The notes: generated by a model not told the origin, from the sequence alone. Positions 1 through 9,612 are shown, counted from the stretch's first letter. The stretch: DNA of 64,000 nucleotides from Candidatus Omnitrophota bacterium (GCA_903908245.1 CAIVRE010000015.1:5468-69467), one strand, 5' to 3'. Numbers and translations: made by a program.

Positions 1-18
1 GTTATTCCTGCTCCTGCG

Positions 19-3000
19 ATGGCGCAGGCAGTGCAAACCATTCTTCCGTTCTCTTCATCTATCAGTGCGCCATCGTCCGCGTTCATTCCTGTTCATATTA
101 AAGCACTAAAAGTCAGGGCCGATGAACCGCTGGTGTTTGATTTTGTGATCGATAATGGTACGACCGGCCTTAAAGGAGCGGAGCTGAAAAATGAAACGCA
201 GAAGCTGGCCAAGTATTTTCTGGCGGCGGTGACCATTCCTGAAAAAGACCTTTGGGTCAACCTGTCTCCCTATGAAAATGACCGTATTATTCCCAATGAA
301 CTTGGTCTGACCGAAATGGGCCGTCAGATGTTGTCGCAGGACAGCGTGCTCAAGCAGGTGTCGGCTTCCATCATTAATCCGGAGACCGCTACCGGGAAAT
401 TGTTCTGGGACAAATTGTATGCCAAGGCCAGGGAAGTCCTGGGGACGGTTGAGATCCCCCTGGATTCGTTGCAGAAGATCTGGATCGTGCCTGCGCAAGC
501 CAAGGTGTATGAATTTGATAATACCGCCCTCCTAGGTGGATCGAAGCTGAAGGTCATGCTGGACCAGGATTATTACGCGCTGGGGCTTCAGGCGAAGTCG
601 GCGGATACGGATGTGGCGGATGCCGATGCAGCCAGGACCAGGGACCTGTCCTTGCAGGTGATGAGGGACGTGGTGATCCCGGCGGTGGAGAAAGAGGTTA
701 ATGAGGGGAAAGATTTTGCGCCATTGCGCCAGGTTTATGGGGCGATGATCTTTGCCACCTGGTACAAGAAGGCACTTAAGGAAACATTGCTGGCGCAGGT
801 TTATGCCGACAAGAAAAAGACGGCAGGCGTTGAGACGGAAGACCTGGATGCGCGCGAGCGGATCTATCAGGAATATGTGGAAGCGTTCAAGAAGGGCGCG
901 TTCAGTTTTATCCGCGAGGATGCGGATCCGGTATCCGGCGAGGTTATTCCCCGGAAGTATTTTTCAGGCGGGATCGACGGTACAGAAAATGCCCGTACGG
1001 TTGCCGAGGGGTTGGAGCATGTGCAGGGGCTGAAGGATGTTCCCTCTGCCTCGCAGGCGCCTTCCGCGCCCGATTCCAGCGAGACGGTCGCGACGGTCGC
1101 GCTGCAGCAGAAGGATGGTGTTTCGGGTGTTAAAGATTTTGAAGTGGCGACAGGGGTTTCGTATTTCAAAGGCGATATTAAAACAACACCCATTACGCGT
1201 CCTTTTCGGGCCAGCCGGCAGGATGATGTGAGCGATATAACCAAATTGAATGAGCAGCAGGAATTGACCGCGGAAAGGGCCGGGGCGGAATCGGTGGAGC
1301 GTGGTGAAGGCGCGTTCTTTGTTCTTGCGGCAGGGGCGGCTTCGCGCATGGCGGTCGTACTGGCTCCGGACGATGTCAAGCAATTGGCCGGCGGGGAGGA
1401 GATCCTGTCCAAGGCCGGTGTTCCGGTGGGAGTTATCGACGGGAAGACGGTCAATTATCTGGATGTTTTCGGGCATAATGTGGCCCGGTTGCTGGAGGGG
1501 ATCGACCGGGAAGCCCGGTCGCAGGGGGTCACATCCGCGGCAGACCGGAATATTGTTGGTGTTTTTACGAATGATGAATATCGTGCGGAACATGATCGTA
1601 TCCTGGCCAAAAGCGGGAATTACGGGCTTAAGGCGGGGCAATTGCGTCTTTTTCATCAGCCTCTTGGGCCGAAATATGTCGGGACTCCGGAGGATGTGAA
1701 AAAGCTGGAAGCCAAATTTGCTTCTCCGGAGGCGTTTGCGCGGGCCCTGGCCCTGGCGCAGGACGTTCAGGCAAAGATCGCCAGCGGGGACCGTGAGGCT
1801 GCCAAGAGCGTGGTGCTTGCGAGTGAAAGGGATCCTCAGGGTCACGGGGAGTTTTTTCATCAGCTGATCGTTTCGGGGGAATTCCTGTACCTTTTTAATC
1901 ATGGAAAGAAATGGATCGCGGTCAAGAACATTGATAATATCGCGGCCAAGTTTGACCGGGTATGGTTAAGGATCCTGGGGTTGTTTTTGAACGGGAAGCT
2001 TGATGCTCAGCCGGAAGTTTCTCTTCGTGCGCCCGGGCAGAAAGGCGGAAGCCTGATCGTTATGGAAGATAACGGTTCACATCAGCTGGTGGAAGATCCG
2101 TCGTTGAATGCGACCAAGGATGAGCAGGGAAAGGTCAAGGTAACTCCGACCCAGTCATTCTGGTTCAATGATGCGGTGGCGCTTTTTTCATTGAACTATA
2201 TTGTAAGTATTTATAAGAAGGACGGACAGACCGATGAGGATTTTATTGCCGAATTACGCGGGGCGGACCAGTTAAAGAGGGAAGAGATCGCGGATCGCGG
2301 CCGGCAGAAATTCCCCAAGCTGCTGGATCCCAAGCCCGCCAAGAAACAGGATGCGGTTGCGGTCAAGATCGAGACGAATATGTGGCAATCGACCGGGATC
2401 GTCCCGCAGAGCATCAGCGTTAAGGCTGTCGGGGTTCGCGGTGCCAGGAATTTCCCGATCGCGGAATATCCTGCAATGGCGCAGGAACAGAGGACGGCAG
2501 AGCTTGCGAAGCTTCGGTTCCTCGGCACAAAACAGTGGAGCCTTTCTGATGCCGAGGTCATGAAGGCCAGGGCCGATCTTGAAGCGGCGGTGGGCCGTCC
2601 TGTGACAGATGCAGAATTAAGTCTGACGCTGGAAACATACAGCGGGAATAAAATATTGACGGATGACCTGCTGGATTATATATGGAACCAGCCATTGGTC
2701 CGGCCGGGGGTTTTTAATGGTGTTGATGGCAAAGACCTTGTGGCCGAAGGGTCCAGTGCCGCGCAGGTCGTTGATTTTAATGACGCCAATATTCGCGCCC
2801 AGATCACCGAGAGCGTTGATCGGGGCAATGCGCGGATCGGTTTTGTGAAGCCCGGCGCCATGGAAAAGGCCGGGGCGGACTGGATCATGCAGGTGATCAC
2901 GGATGAGATCGCCAAGAGGGACCTTCCGTTAAGCGTTGTGGTCGGCCCGCGGTTTCAAATGACACGCGCGGAAGCCGAACAGTTCTATATCGGGCATAAA

Positions 3001-3528
3001 GGCCGCCGTAATCCCGCGGGTTTTGAATATGCGCCGGGCTTGTGGGATTCTGTGAGCAATAAAGAGGCCGGCTGGTTCTTGCTGCAGGCCGGGCCGCAGG
3101 GAATGCCGTCGGAACAGGAAATGAAAGACCTGAAGAATGCGGTGCGTGACCGGTACAGCAAGGAGAAGCTTGGTCTTTCCGGCGATGCGGTCTTAAAGCA
3201 AAGGGCGGAAACGGATAATGGCCCTCACTGGTCTGATCCTTTGGGGTCAGACACGAATGCGGCTAATGAGGACTGGAATAATTTGCAGGCAATGCTTGAT
3301 ACGCGTCCTGCGCTGCAAGTCGGGCAGCCCAATGATACGACGGGTGGTATCAATTTCAACGCGACATTGCTGGATATGACCGTTGAGCGCAGCGGCAGCG
3401 GCGTGAAGGTGAATATTGACCCGGTGTTAATCCAACGGATCAAGACCCGGGGCGTGGAGGGGTTTGCTCCGGTGATCATCAATATGATGCCGGTAACCGG
3501 CATGGGCCAGGCGTTGGGAGTGAAGTAG
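19..3528 (+). CDS. Large multidomain protein with a central UDP-glucose/UDP-sugar pyrophosphorylase (UDPGP family) nucleotidyltransferase domain. Reading frame is open to window position 1, so the true start may lie upstream
   Basis: 1169-aa ORF. Central region has a glycine-rich motif VLAAGAASRMAV resembling UGPase LNGGLGTSMG, and later NIDNIAAKFD and KGGSLIVMEDNG resembling UGPase NIDNL and KGGTLI motifs. N-terminal ~400 aa and C-terminal ~450 aa have no family recognised from sequence alone. No stop codon between nt 1 and the first ATG at 19. Confidence 0.6.
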   Translation: MAQAVQTILPFSSSISAPSSAFIPVHIKALKVRADEPLVFDFVIDNGTTGLKGAELKNETQKLAKYFLAAVTIPEKDLWVNLSPYENDRIIPNELGLTEMGRQMLSQDSVLKQVSASIINPETATGKLFWDKLYAKAREVLGTVEIPLDSLQKIWIVPAQAKVYEFDNTALLGGSKLKVMLDQDYYALGLQAKSADTDVADADAARTRDLSLQVMRDVVIPAVEKEVNEGKDFAPLRQVYGAMIFATWYKKALKETLLAQVYADKKKTAGVETEDLDARERIYQEYVEAFKKGAFSFIREDADPVSGEVIPRKYFSGGIDGTENARTVAEGLEHVQGLKDVPSASQAPSAPDSSETVATVALQQKDGVSGVKDFEVATGVSYFKGDIKTTPITRPFRASRQDDVSDITKLNEQQELTAERAGAESVERGEGAFFVLAAGAASRMAVVLAPDDVKQLAGGEEILSKAGVPVGVIDGKTVNYLDVFGHNVARLLEGIDREARSQGVTSAADRNIVGVFTNDEYRAEHDRILAKSGNYGLKAGQLRLFHQPLGPKYVGTPEDVKKLEAKFASPEAFARALALAQDVQAKIASGDREAAKSVVLASERDPQGHGEFFHQLIVSGEFLYLFNHGKKWIAVKNIDNIAAKFDRVWLRILGLFLNGKLDAQPEVSLRAPGQKGGSLIVMEDNGSHQLVEDPSLNATKDEQGKVKVTPTQSFWFNDAVALFSLNYIVSIYKKDGQTDEDFIAELRGADQLKREEIADRGRQKFPKLLDPKPAKKQDAVAVKIETNMWQSTGIVPQSISVKAVGVRGARNFPIAEYPAMAQEQRTAELAKLRFLGTKQWSLSDAEVMKARADLEAAVGRPVTDAELSLTLETYSGNKILTDDLLDYIWNQPLVRPGVFNGVDGKDLVAEGSSAAQVVDFNDANIRAQITESVDRGNARIGFVKPGAMEKAGADWIMQVITDEIAKRDLPLSVVVGPRFQMTRAEAEQFYIGHKGRRNPAGFEYAPGLWDSVSNKEAGWFLLQAGPQGMPSEQEMKDLKNAVRDRYSKEKLGLSGDAVLKQRAETDNGPHWSDPLGSDTNAANEDWNNLQAMLDTRPALQVGQPNDTTGGINFNATLLDMTVERSGSGVKVNIDPVLIQRIKTRGVEGFAPVIINMMPVTGMGQALGVK

Positions 3529-3556
3529 TTCATAAAGGGTTATGCGTGCTATTTGA

Positions 3557-3583
3557 GGGCGGCCGTTCGGGCCGCCCTTTTTA
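3557..3583. terminator. Bidirectional intrinsic terminator between convergent genes
   Basis: GC stem GGGCGGCC-gttc-GGGCCGCCC followed by TTTTT. Sits at the stop of the + gene and overlaps the stop (3581-3583) of the - gene. Confidence 0.6.
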
Positions 3584-5260
3584 TTTGGCGCGCAGAATCT
3601 GCAGGTTCCGGGTATATCGTTGGACATCTGCCGTGTCATTCTGCTGTTGGGCGATCCTGATGAGGAGGTTAAGGGTGAATTCCCGATCGTCGGCGTATTG
3701 AAAATACTGTTCCAGCACGCGACGGGCATTGGCGTAGTCTTTGGCGTTGAGATAGAGCTGGGCCAGGGATTTGTAGGAAAAGATGAAATTTTTTTGTACG
3801 GCAATGGCCTGTTCGAAATAGTGAATGGCGTCTTTATCCCGTTGGGTATCCCGGCATAAATTCCCCATGTTGTGATAGGCGACGGCATTGGTCGCGTCAA
3901 GCGCGATGGCTTTGTTGTAGGCGGATTCGGCGTCAGCCGTCCGGCCTTTTGCGGCGTATTCCATCCCCAGGTTATTAAGGACCCGGTAACTCGGGTTGTT
4001 GCGCGCGATCTGTTCGTAAAATCCGACGGGGTTCCCCCAGTCGGCATTGCGGGCGATCGTGCGTCCGGCCAGGGCGAGTATCCCGGTCATGCCCAGTGTT
4101 AGCAGCCATGTTCGTTGCCGTGGATAATGCTCAAAGAGGACAATGGCGCCCCAGCCGGCCGCCAGCCCGAGCCCGGCGATGGGGATATACAGGAAATGTT
4201 CAAAGAAAAGGCTGTTGATGATCAGCGGAATGTTCGAATAGGGAAAGAGCGTGACCAGGAACCAGCTGGCCCCGAAAGAAACGATCGGCGCGGTATTGCG
4301 GCATTTCCAGACAAGGGTTCCGGCGCCCGTCAGCAGAGCGGCTCCAAGGGTGATCATCGGGGTCAGCCGCAGATCGGCCATGGCAAAGGGGCGGTCGAAC
4401 TGAAGGTGTGCGGGCCAGAGAAGGACGCCGATATATTCAGGAACGGCTTTGAGGAAGGTGAGGGTGCGGACCAGGATGTTCGTTTGAAAGTCGGGGCGTT
4501 CGGGATAGTAATCCTTCGCACTTCCGAAATATAAGAGGGTGGCCCGCAGGAGGGCATAAATAATGGCGATGGCCAGGAACGGGAGCAGGGCGAGAAGCAT
4601 TTTTCGGATACGGGGCCAGATCCCTGGCATGGTTCGGCAGTATGCCCCGTCGCAAAGCATCAGCAGCGGCAGAAAGATGATCCCGATCTCTTTGGTCATG
4701 AGGGCCAGCGCAAAACAGGCAAGTGCGCCGAGATAACAGGATCTCTTGCCGGTGATACGGTAACGCACGAATGTATTGAGCCCCAGAAGGGTGCACAGGA
4801 AGACAAGGCTGTCCCCCTGGCTGCAGGCATAGGCCACGGTCTCGGTCTGTACGGGGTGGATCAGAAAGAGGAGGGCGGCAATGAACGCGGCGGCCGGTCG
4901 GTGGAACAGGCGGCGGAATAAAAGAAAAAGCAGTGCCGCGTTGATCGAGTGCAGGAGGATGCCTATGGCATGCCAGCCCGGCGCCCAGTCGGCCCACAGG
5001 TGCCATTGCGCGGCAAAGAATATTTGCACCAGCGGCCGCCAGTAGTTGCTCATCAGGCTTGTTCCTGCCAGCAGGTTGTCGGTAAAGAAGTGGGGCCAGT
5101 ATTTCCAGTCCTGGATAAAGAGGTTCCTGAGGATGAAGTCATCATCGTCCCAGAACATTTCATTGGGCAGGCAGTTGGCGTAGACGACCATGCCGAGCAG
5201 CAGGAGCAGCAGGATGGCGGTCGATGGTTTTTTGATCAGGGATCCGATTTTTTCAAGCAT
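3581..5260 (-). CDS. Membrane GT-C type glycosyltransferase-like protein (DUF1736/PMT_2/TMTC-like multi-pass N-terminus) with C-terminal TPR repeats
   Basis: 559 aa. About 10 predicted TM segments in the N-terminal 400 aa, then TPR-like repeats (YNKAIALDATNAVAYHNMGNLC..., AIHYFEQAIAVQKNF...). Architecture matches bacterial TMTC/PMT_2-like TPR proteins. Confidence 0.55.
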   Translation of the reverse strand: MLEKIGSLIKKPSTAILLLLLLGMVVYANCLPNEMFWDDDDFILRNLFIQDWKYWPHFFTDNLLAGTSLMSNYWRPLVQIFFAAQWHLWADWAPGWHAIGILLHSINAALLFLLFRRLFHRPAAAFIAALLFLIHPVQTETVAYACSQGDSLVFLCTLLGLNTFVRYRITGKRSCYLGALACFALALMTKEIGIIFLPLLMLCDGAYCRTMPGIWPRIRKMLLALLPFLAIAIIYALLRATLLYFGSAKDYYPERPDFQTNILVRTLTFLKAVPEYIGVLLWPAHLQFDRPFAMADLRLTPMITLGAALLTGAGTLVWKCRNTAPIVSFGASWFLVTLFPYSNIPLIINSLFFEHFLYIPIAGLGLAAGWGAIVLFEHYPRQRTWLLTLGMTGILALAGRTIARNADWGNPVGFYEQIARNNPSYRVLNNLGMEYAAKGRTADAESAYNKAIALDATNAVAYHNMGNLCRDTQRDKDAIHYFEQAIAVQKNFIFSYKSLAQLYLNAKDYANARRVLEQYFQYADDREFTLNLLIRIAQQQNDTADVQRYTRNLQILRAK

Positions 5261-5273
5261 GGCGTCGTTTTCA

Positions 5274-5456
5274 GGGCTATTTTAACTTTTCATAGCTATC
5301 GACATTCCTTCGCCGAACGCTTGTCCGGCCCCTCCGAGGCCGGCCTGCGCTCGGGCGTCGGACTCGCTCTCGCTGCAGGGAGAACAAGGGCGATCCATGG
5401 CCGCTCGTCCTCCTTACGTCGGCTGCGGAATATCGATAGCTATGATTAAAATAGCC
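5274..5456. mobile_element. MITE-like element: ~183 bp GC-rich core flanked by ~30-bp imperfect terminal inverted repeats, in a divergent intergenic region
   Basis: Left arm GGGCTATTTTAACTTTTCATAGCTATCGACATTCC. Right arm GGAATATCGATAGCTATGATTAAAATAGCC is its reverse complement apart from a small indel. Interior is much more GC-rich than the flanks and contains a CCGGCC..GGCCGG hairpin. Confidence 0.35.
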
Positions 5457-5532
5457 GGATCGTAATCGTGAAGCCGAGGACTTGCAGAATAACGCATTGA
5501 CACCGTATTCAATGGTCTTATTATAAAGTGAT

Positions 5533-6081
5533 ATGCGATTTGCCAAACTTCTTTTATTGTTCGTTTTGCTGATGCCGGTGTCGGGCTGTGACCGCATTTA
5601 CGCTTTTTTGCACAAGCCGGGCGGGGAAGAGCGCCAGATCCTCGGGCCTTTCGAGTTCAATGTCTACAATGCGAGAGTGGAAGAAGTGCAGAAGGTCCTC
5701 AAGGGGTTCGGTTATAATATTGGCCGTCCGGACGGAAAATTCGGCGCCTCCACCCGTGAGGCCGTGGCGAGGTTCCAGGCGGATGAGGGCATCAAGGTCA
5801 CGCGTTTTGTCGACAAGGATACCTGGGCCGCGATGCAGGGATATTTGCAGGGGCCGTTGTTCAGGAAAGGCCTGCTCGATGGCCGCGCGGTGCAGAAGGC
5901 GCTGGCGAAGGCCGGGTTCGGGGCGGGCAAGGTTGACGGCCAGATCGGGCGCCGCAGCCGCGAGGCGCTCAAGGCGTTCCAGGCTTCCCAGGGGCTTGAT
6001 GCGGACGGGCAGATCGGGCTTCGGACCATAAAAGCCCTGTTGAAGTATTCCGCTTTACCGGCCGCAAAACCCGGGATGTGA
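5533..6081 (+). CDS. Lipoprotein with two peptidoglycan-binding (PG_binding_1-like) repeats
   Basis: Signal peptide MRFAKLLLLFVLLMPVSGC (lipobox). Repeated motif GxxDGKFGxxTxxAVxxFQ occurs twice. Confidence 0.6.
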   Translation: MRFAKLLLLFVLLMPVSGCDRIYAFLHKPGGEERQILGPFEFNVYNARVEEVQKVLKGFGYNIGRPDGKFGASTREAVARFQADEGIKVTRFVDKDTWAAMQGYLQGPLFRKGLLDGRAVQKALAKAGFGAGKVDGQIGRRSREALKAFQASQGLDADGQIGLRTIKALLKYSALPAAKPGM

Positions 6082-6109
6082 TATACTTGTTCAAATTCGG
6101 AGACCATAT

Positions 6110-7330
6110 ATGCCCAAAGTGAAAAGCCAGCTTTCTTCCAAAGATGAACTGATCATCCTTCGCAAGGTCGTTGATATTACGACTTCCGAGGTTGATCTCG
6201 ATGGTGTCTTGAGCGAGATCATCAAGGTCGCTCTGGCGATCGCGCCGGCAGATTCGGTGTTCGTTTATCTTTTTGACGCGGAGCACCGGAACCTGGTCTT
6301 GCGCGCTTCGAAGACGCCGCACAAGCAGGAACTGGGGCAGGTGACGCTCAAGGTTGGCGAGGGGTTGACCGGATGGGTCGCGAAGAACGTGAAGCCGTTG
6401 GCGATCAAGGCCAACGCGTATGATGATCCGCGTTTCAAGGCGTTCGATGTCCTTCCCGAAGACCGTTACGAGGCTTTTCTGGCCCTGCCGATCCTCTATA
6501 AGGGAAAAGCCATCGGCGTCATCAATCTTCAGCATAAAAAACCGTTCGATTTCCCGGTGAGTGTCGTGAACCTGCTGAGTATGGCGGCCCGGCAGCTGGG
6601 GAGCGTGGTCGAACATGCCCGCCTTTTCAGCGAAACCCGGCAGAAGGCATTGCAGTTCGACAGCCTGGTGAAGGTGAGCCAGTCGATCACGTCCGAAAAA
6701 TATCTCGACGAGATCTTAAGCCTTATTGTTATCGTCACGGCGGAAATGTTGAATTCCAAGATCTGTTCCGTGATGCTTTTGGATGCCAAGGGGACGGAGC
6801 TGGTCATCAAGGCTACGCAGAGCCTGAGCGATGATTATAAGAAGAAGCCGAACCTGAAAGTGGATGCCAGCTTGATCGGCGAAGTGATCAAGACCCTGCG
6901 CCCGCTGGTGGTCGAGGATGTCCGCAAGGAGAAGCGGTATTTTTATCGTGACCTGGCGGTCAGGGAAGGCCTGAGCACCATGGTGGCGGTGCCGATGATC
7001 GTCAAGGACAAGGCGATCGGGGTCATTAATGTTTATACGAAAGAGCCTCATGTTTTTACGGCGGATGAGGTGGGCGTGCTGCAAATGGTGGCTAACCAGG
7101 CGGCCGCGGCGGTGGAGAACACGCGCTGGATGGAAGAGGCGCTTAAAGCCAAGGAAGCGCTGGAGACCCGCAAGCTGGTGGAGCGCGCCAAGGGGATCCT
7201 TATGAAGATGAACGGCCTTTCCGAGGAGACCGCGTATAAAATGATCCACCGCAAAAGCATGGACTCCTGCCGATCGATGAAAGATATCGCGGAATCCATC
7301 CTTCTTATGGTGGATTTCCAGAAAACCTAA
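6110..7330 (+). CDS. GAF-GAF-ANTAR RNA-binding antitermination regulator
   Basis: 406 aa. Two GAF-like domains (..GEGLTGWVAKN.., ..IGVINLQHKKP.., second copy ..IGVINVYTKEP..). C-terminal ANTAR signature LVERAKGILMKMNGLSEETAYKMIHRKSMDSCRSMKDIAESIL. Confidence 0.7.
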   Translation: MPKVKSQLSSKDELIILRKVVDITTSEVDLDGVLSEIIKVALAIAPADSVFVYLFDAEHRNLVLRASKTPHKQELGQVTLKVGEGLTGWVAKNVKPLAIKANAYDDPRFKAFDVLPEDRYEAFLALPILYKGKAIGVINLQHKKPFDFPVSVVNLLSMAARQLGSVVEHARLFSETRQKALQFDSLVKVSQSITSEKYLDEILSLIVIVTAEMLNSKICSVMLLDAKGTELVIKATQSLSDDYKKKPNLKVDASLIGEVIKTLRPLVVEDVRKEKRYFYRDLAVREGLSTMVAVPMIVKDKAIGVINVYTKEPHVFTADEVGVLQMVANQAAAAVENTRWMEEALKAKEALETRKLVERAKGILMKMNGLSEETAYKMIHRKSMDSCRSMKDIAESILLMVDFQKT

Positions 7331-7334
7331 CTAC

Positions 7335-7368
7335 CTTCACCCTCTCCGGCAGGGAGAAGGTTTTTTTT
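7335..7368 (+). terminator. Intrinsic terminator after the ANTAR regulator gene
   Basis: Stem CCTTCACCCTCTCC-GGCAG-GGAGAAGG followed by T8. Confidence 0.5.
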
Positions 7369-7369
7369 G

Positions 7370-7398
7370 TTGACAACTTTTTTTTCAGCGGATATACT
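7370..7398 (+). promoter_or_regulatory. Sigma70-type promoter for glnN (TTGACA-N17-TATACT)
   Basis: Consensus -35 at 7370-7375, 17-nt spacer, -10 TATACT at 7393-7398. About 115 nt upstream of the glnN ATG, leaving a structured leader. Confidence 0.5.
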
Positions 7399-7512
7399 TT
7401 TTGAGATTCGAAAGCTTAAAGGCTTTCAAAAGACTGAAGCAGGGCATTGATGTCCTCTTTCGAAAAGGAATTTTCGGCGGGGGATTTTTTCTTTTAAAAA
7501 CAGGAGGTTTAT

Positions 7513-9612
7513 ATGGCAGCAAAGGTCAGCAAGAAGGTTGTCAGCGCGGTCGAGTCTTTGTATGGCGAGAATGTGTTCAGCATTAACGTCATGAAGAAGG
7601 TCCTTTCGAAGAAGGCGTTCGATTCCATCAGCAGGACGATGAATGAAGGCGGCGCGCTTGACCCGGCTATTGCGACGGAAGTCGCGGGTGCGATGAAGGA
7701 TTGGGCGGTTGCCAAGGGTGCCACGCATTTCTGCCACTGGTTCCAGCCGCTCACCGGCACCACGGCTGAAAAACACGATTCGTTCATTTCTCCTGACGGC
7801 CAGGGCGGTGTCAAGATGGAGTTTTCCGCCAAAGAGCTTATCCAGGGCGAGCCGGATGCTTCTTCGTTCCCGTCGGGCGGTTTGCGCGCCACGTTCGAGG
7901 CCCGCGGCTATACGGCGTGGGACCCCACCAGCCCCGCGTTTATTAAAGAAGGCGCCGAGGGCGCAACGTTGTGTATCCCGACCATCTTCTGCGGGTATCA
8001 TGGCGAAGCACTTGACAAAAAGGCCCCGTTGCTCCGTTCGATCGCGGCGTTGGCCAAGCAGATGGACCGTGCCGGCAAGCTGTTCGGTGTCAAGCCTGTT
8101 ACCAAGGCGTATGCCACGCTGGGACCCGAGCAGGAATATTTCCTGATCGATAAATCATTCTATGAGCAGCGACTGGACCTGGTGCAGACCGGCCGTACGC
8201 TGTTCGGCCGCAAGCCGGCCCGCCATCAGCAGATGGAAGATCATTATTTCGGCGCTATTCGTCCGCGGATCCTGGCGTTCATGGAAGAGCTCGACCAGAC
8301 GCTCTGGAAACTCGGGATGCCGTCCAAGACCCGTCATAACGAGGTTGCTCCGGCCCAGTTCGAGATCGCGCCCATTTACGAGCGTCTGAACCTGGCGGTC
8401 GATCATAACATGATGTGCATGGATGTGATGAAGCAGATCGCCGACAAGCATGGCCTGGTCTGCCTGCTGCACGAGAAGCCTTTTGCCGGTGTTAACGGCA
8501 GCGGCAAGCACAATAACTGGTCGGTGGTCGGTACGGACGGCAAGAACTGGCTTTATCCCGGTTCCAGTCCGCATGAGAATGCGAAGTTCCTGTTCACGCT
8601 TTGCGCGATCATCAAGGCGGTGGACGAGAACGCGGCATTGCTCCGCGCCACTGTCGCAACTCCCGGCAATGATCATCGCCTGGGTGCCAATGAAGCGCCA
8701 CCGGCGATCATTTCCGTATTCCTGGGTGACCAGCTGACGGATATCATCGACCAGCTTGAGAGCGGCGAGGCGAAGTCCGCCAAGAGCGGCGGCACCATTC
8801 AGATCGGCGTGGATGTTATTCCGACCCTTCCGAGGGATGCCACCGACCGCAATCGCACCTCTCCCTTTGCGTTCACGGGCAACAAGTTTGAGTTCCGTGC
8901 GCTGGGTTCCAACATGAGCCCGTCGGGTGCGAATGTGGCCCTGAACACCATCGTGGCTTCCGCCATTGATGATATGTGCACACAGCTTGAGGGCGATCTC
9001 AAGGCCAAGAAGGATTTCAACAAGTCCCTGCAGGCTGTTTTACAGGCGATCATCAAGAAGCACAAGCGTGTGCTTTTCAATGGCGACAATTATACCGAAG
9101 AATGGCATAAGGAAGCCGAGAAGCGCGGGTTGCCGAATTTTAAGACCACGCCCGAAGCCCTGAAGGTCCTGGAAGATGAAAAGACCGTCAAGTTGTTCGA
9201 GAAGTACGGGGTCCTTTCCAGAAAAGAGCTTTTGTCCCGTTATGAGATCTACATGCATAACTACAAGAGTGTCCTGGCTTACGAGGCGGAATGCGCCAAG
9301 ACGATCGCGTCCACCCAGATATTCCCGGCGGTGGTGGAGTACCAGGCGGTCCTGGCTGCCACGGTGAAAGCGGTTGACGAGGCCGGTTGCAAGGCCGCTG
9401 CCGCGAAAGTCGTTCTGGGTAAGGTGTCCAAGCTGGCCGATGAATTGTCCGCTGGTATTGAAGCGCTGGAAATCGCGATCGAACACCATTCGACCGACAA
9501 GATGAAGTCCGCGATGCTTCAGGCGCGTGCCGCGGTGGATGAGCTTGAAGCGCTGGTCCCGGCCGATCTGTGGCCGTTGCCGACGTATGCCGAAATGCTG
9601 TTCTTGTATTAA
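7513..9612 (+). CDS. glnN: Glutamine synthetase type III (GlnN)
   Basis: 699 aa, the length of GSIII. N-terminus MAAKVSKKVVSAVESLYGENVFSINVMKK and internal motifs match GSIII as I recall them. Confidence 0.8.
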   Translation: MAAKVSKKVVSAVESLYGENVFSINVMKKVLSKKAFDSISRTMNEGGALDPAIATEVAGAMKDWAVAKGATHFCHWFQPLTGTTAEKHDSFISPDGQGGVKMEFSAKELIQGEPDASSFPSGGLRATFEARGYTAWDPTSPAFIKEGAEGATLCIPTIFCGYHGEALDKKAPLLRSIAALAKQMDRAGKLFGVKPVTKAYATLGPEQEYFLIDKSFYEQRLDLVQTGRTLFGRKPARHQQMEDHYFGAIRPRILAFMEELDQTLWKLGMPSKTRHNEVAPAQFEIAPIYERLNLAVDHNMMCMDVMKQIADKHGLVCLLHEKPFAGVNGSGKHNNWSVVGTDGKNWLYPGSSPHENAKFLFTLCAIIKAVDENAALLRATVATPGNDHRLGANEAPPAIISVFLGDQLTDIIDQLESGEAKSAKSGGTIQIGVDVIPTLPRDATDRNRTSPFAFTGNKFEFRALGSNMSPSGANVALNTIVASAIDDMCTQLEGDLKAKKDFNKSLQAVLQAIIKKHKRVLFNGDNYTEEWHKEAEKRGLPNFKTTPEALKVLEDEKTVKLFEKYGVLSRKELLSRYEIYMHNYKSVLAYEAECAKTIASTQIFPAVVEYQAVLAATVKAVDEAGCKAAAAKVVLGKVSKLADELSAGIEALEIAIEHHSTDKMKSAMLQARAAVDELEALVPADLWPLPTYAEMLFLY

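Noticed and set aside
5277-5597. 106-aa minus-strand ORF spanning the MITE-like element
   Set aside because: It lies entirely within the inverted-repeat element and divergent promoter region. It has an Arg/Ser-rich low-complexity product and no RBS.
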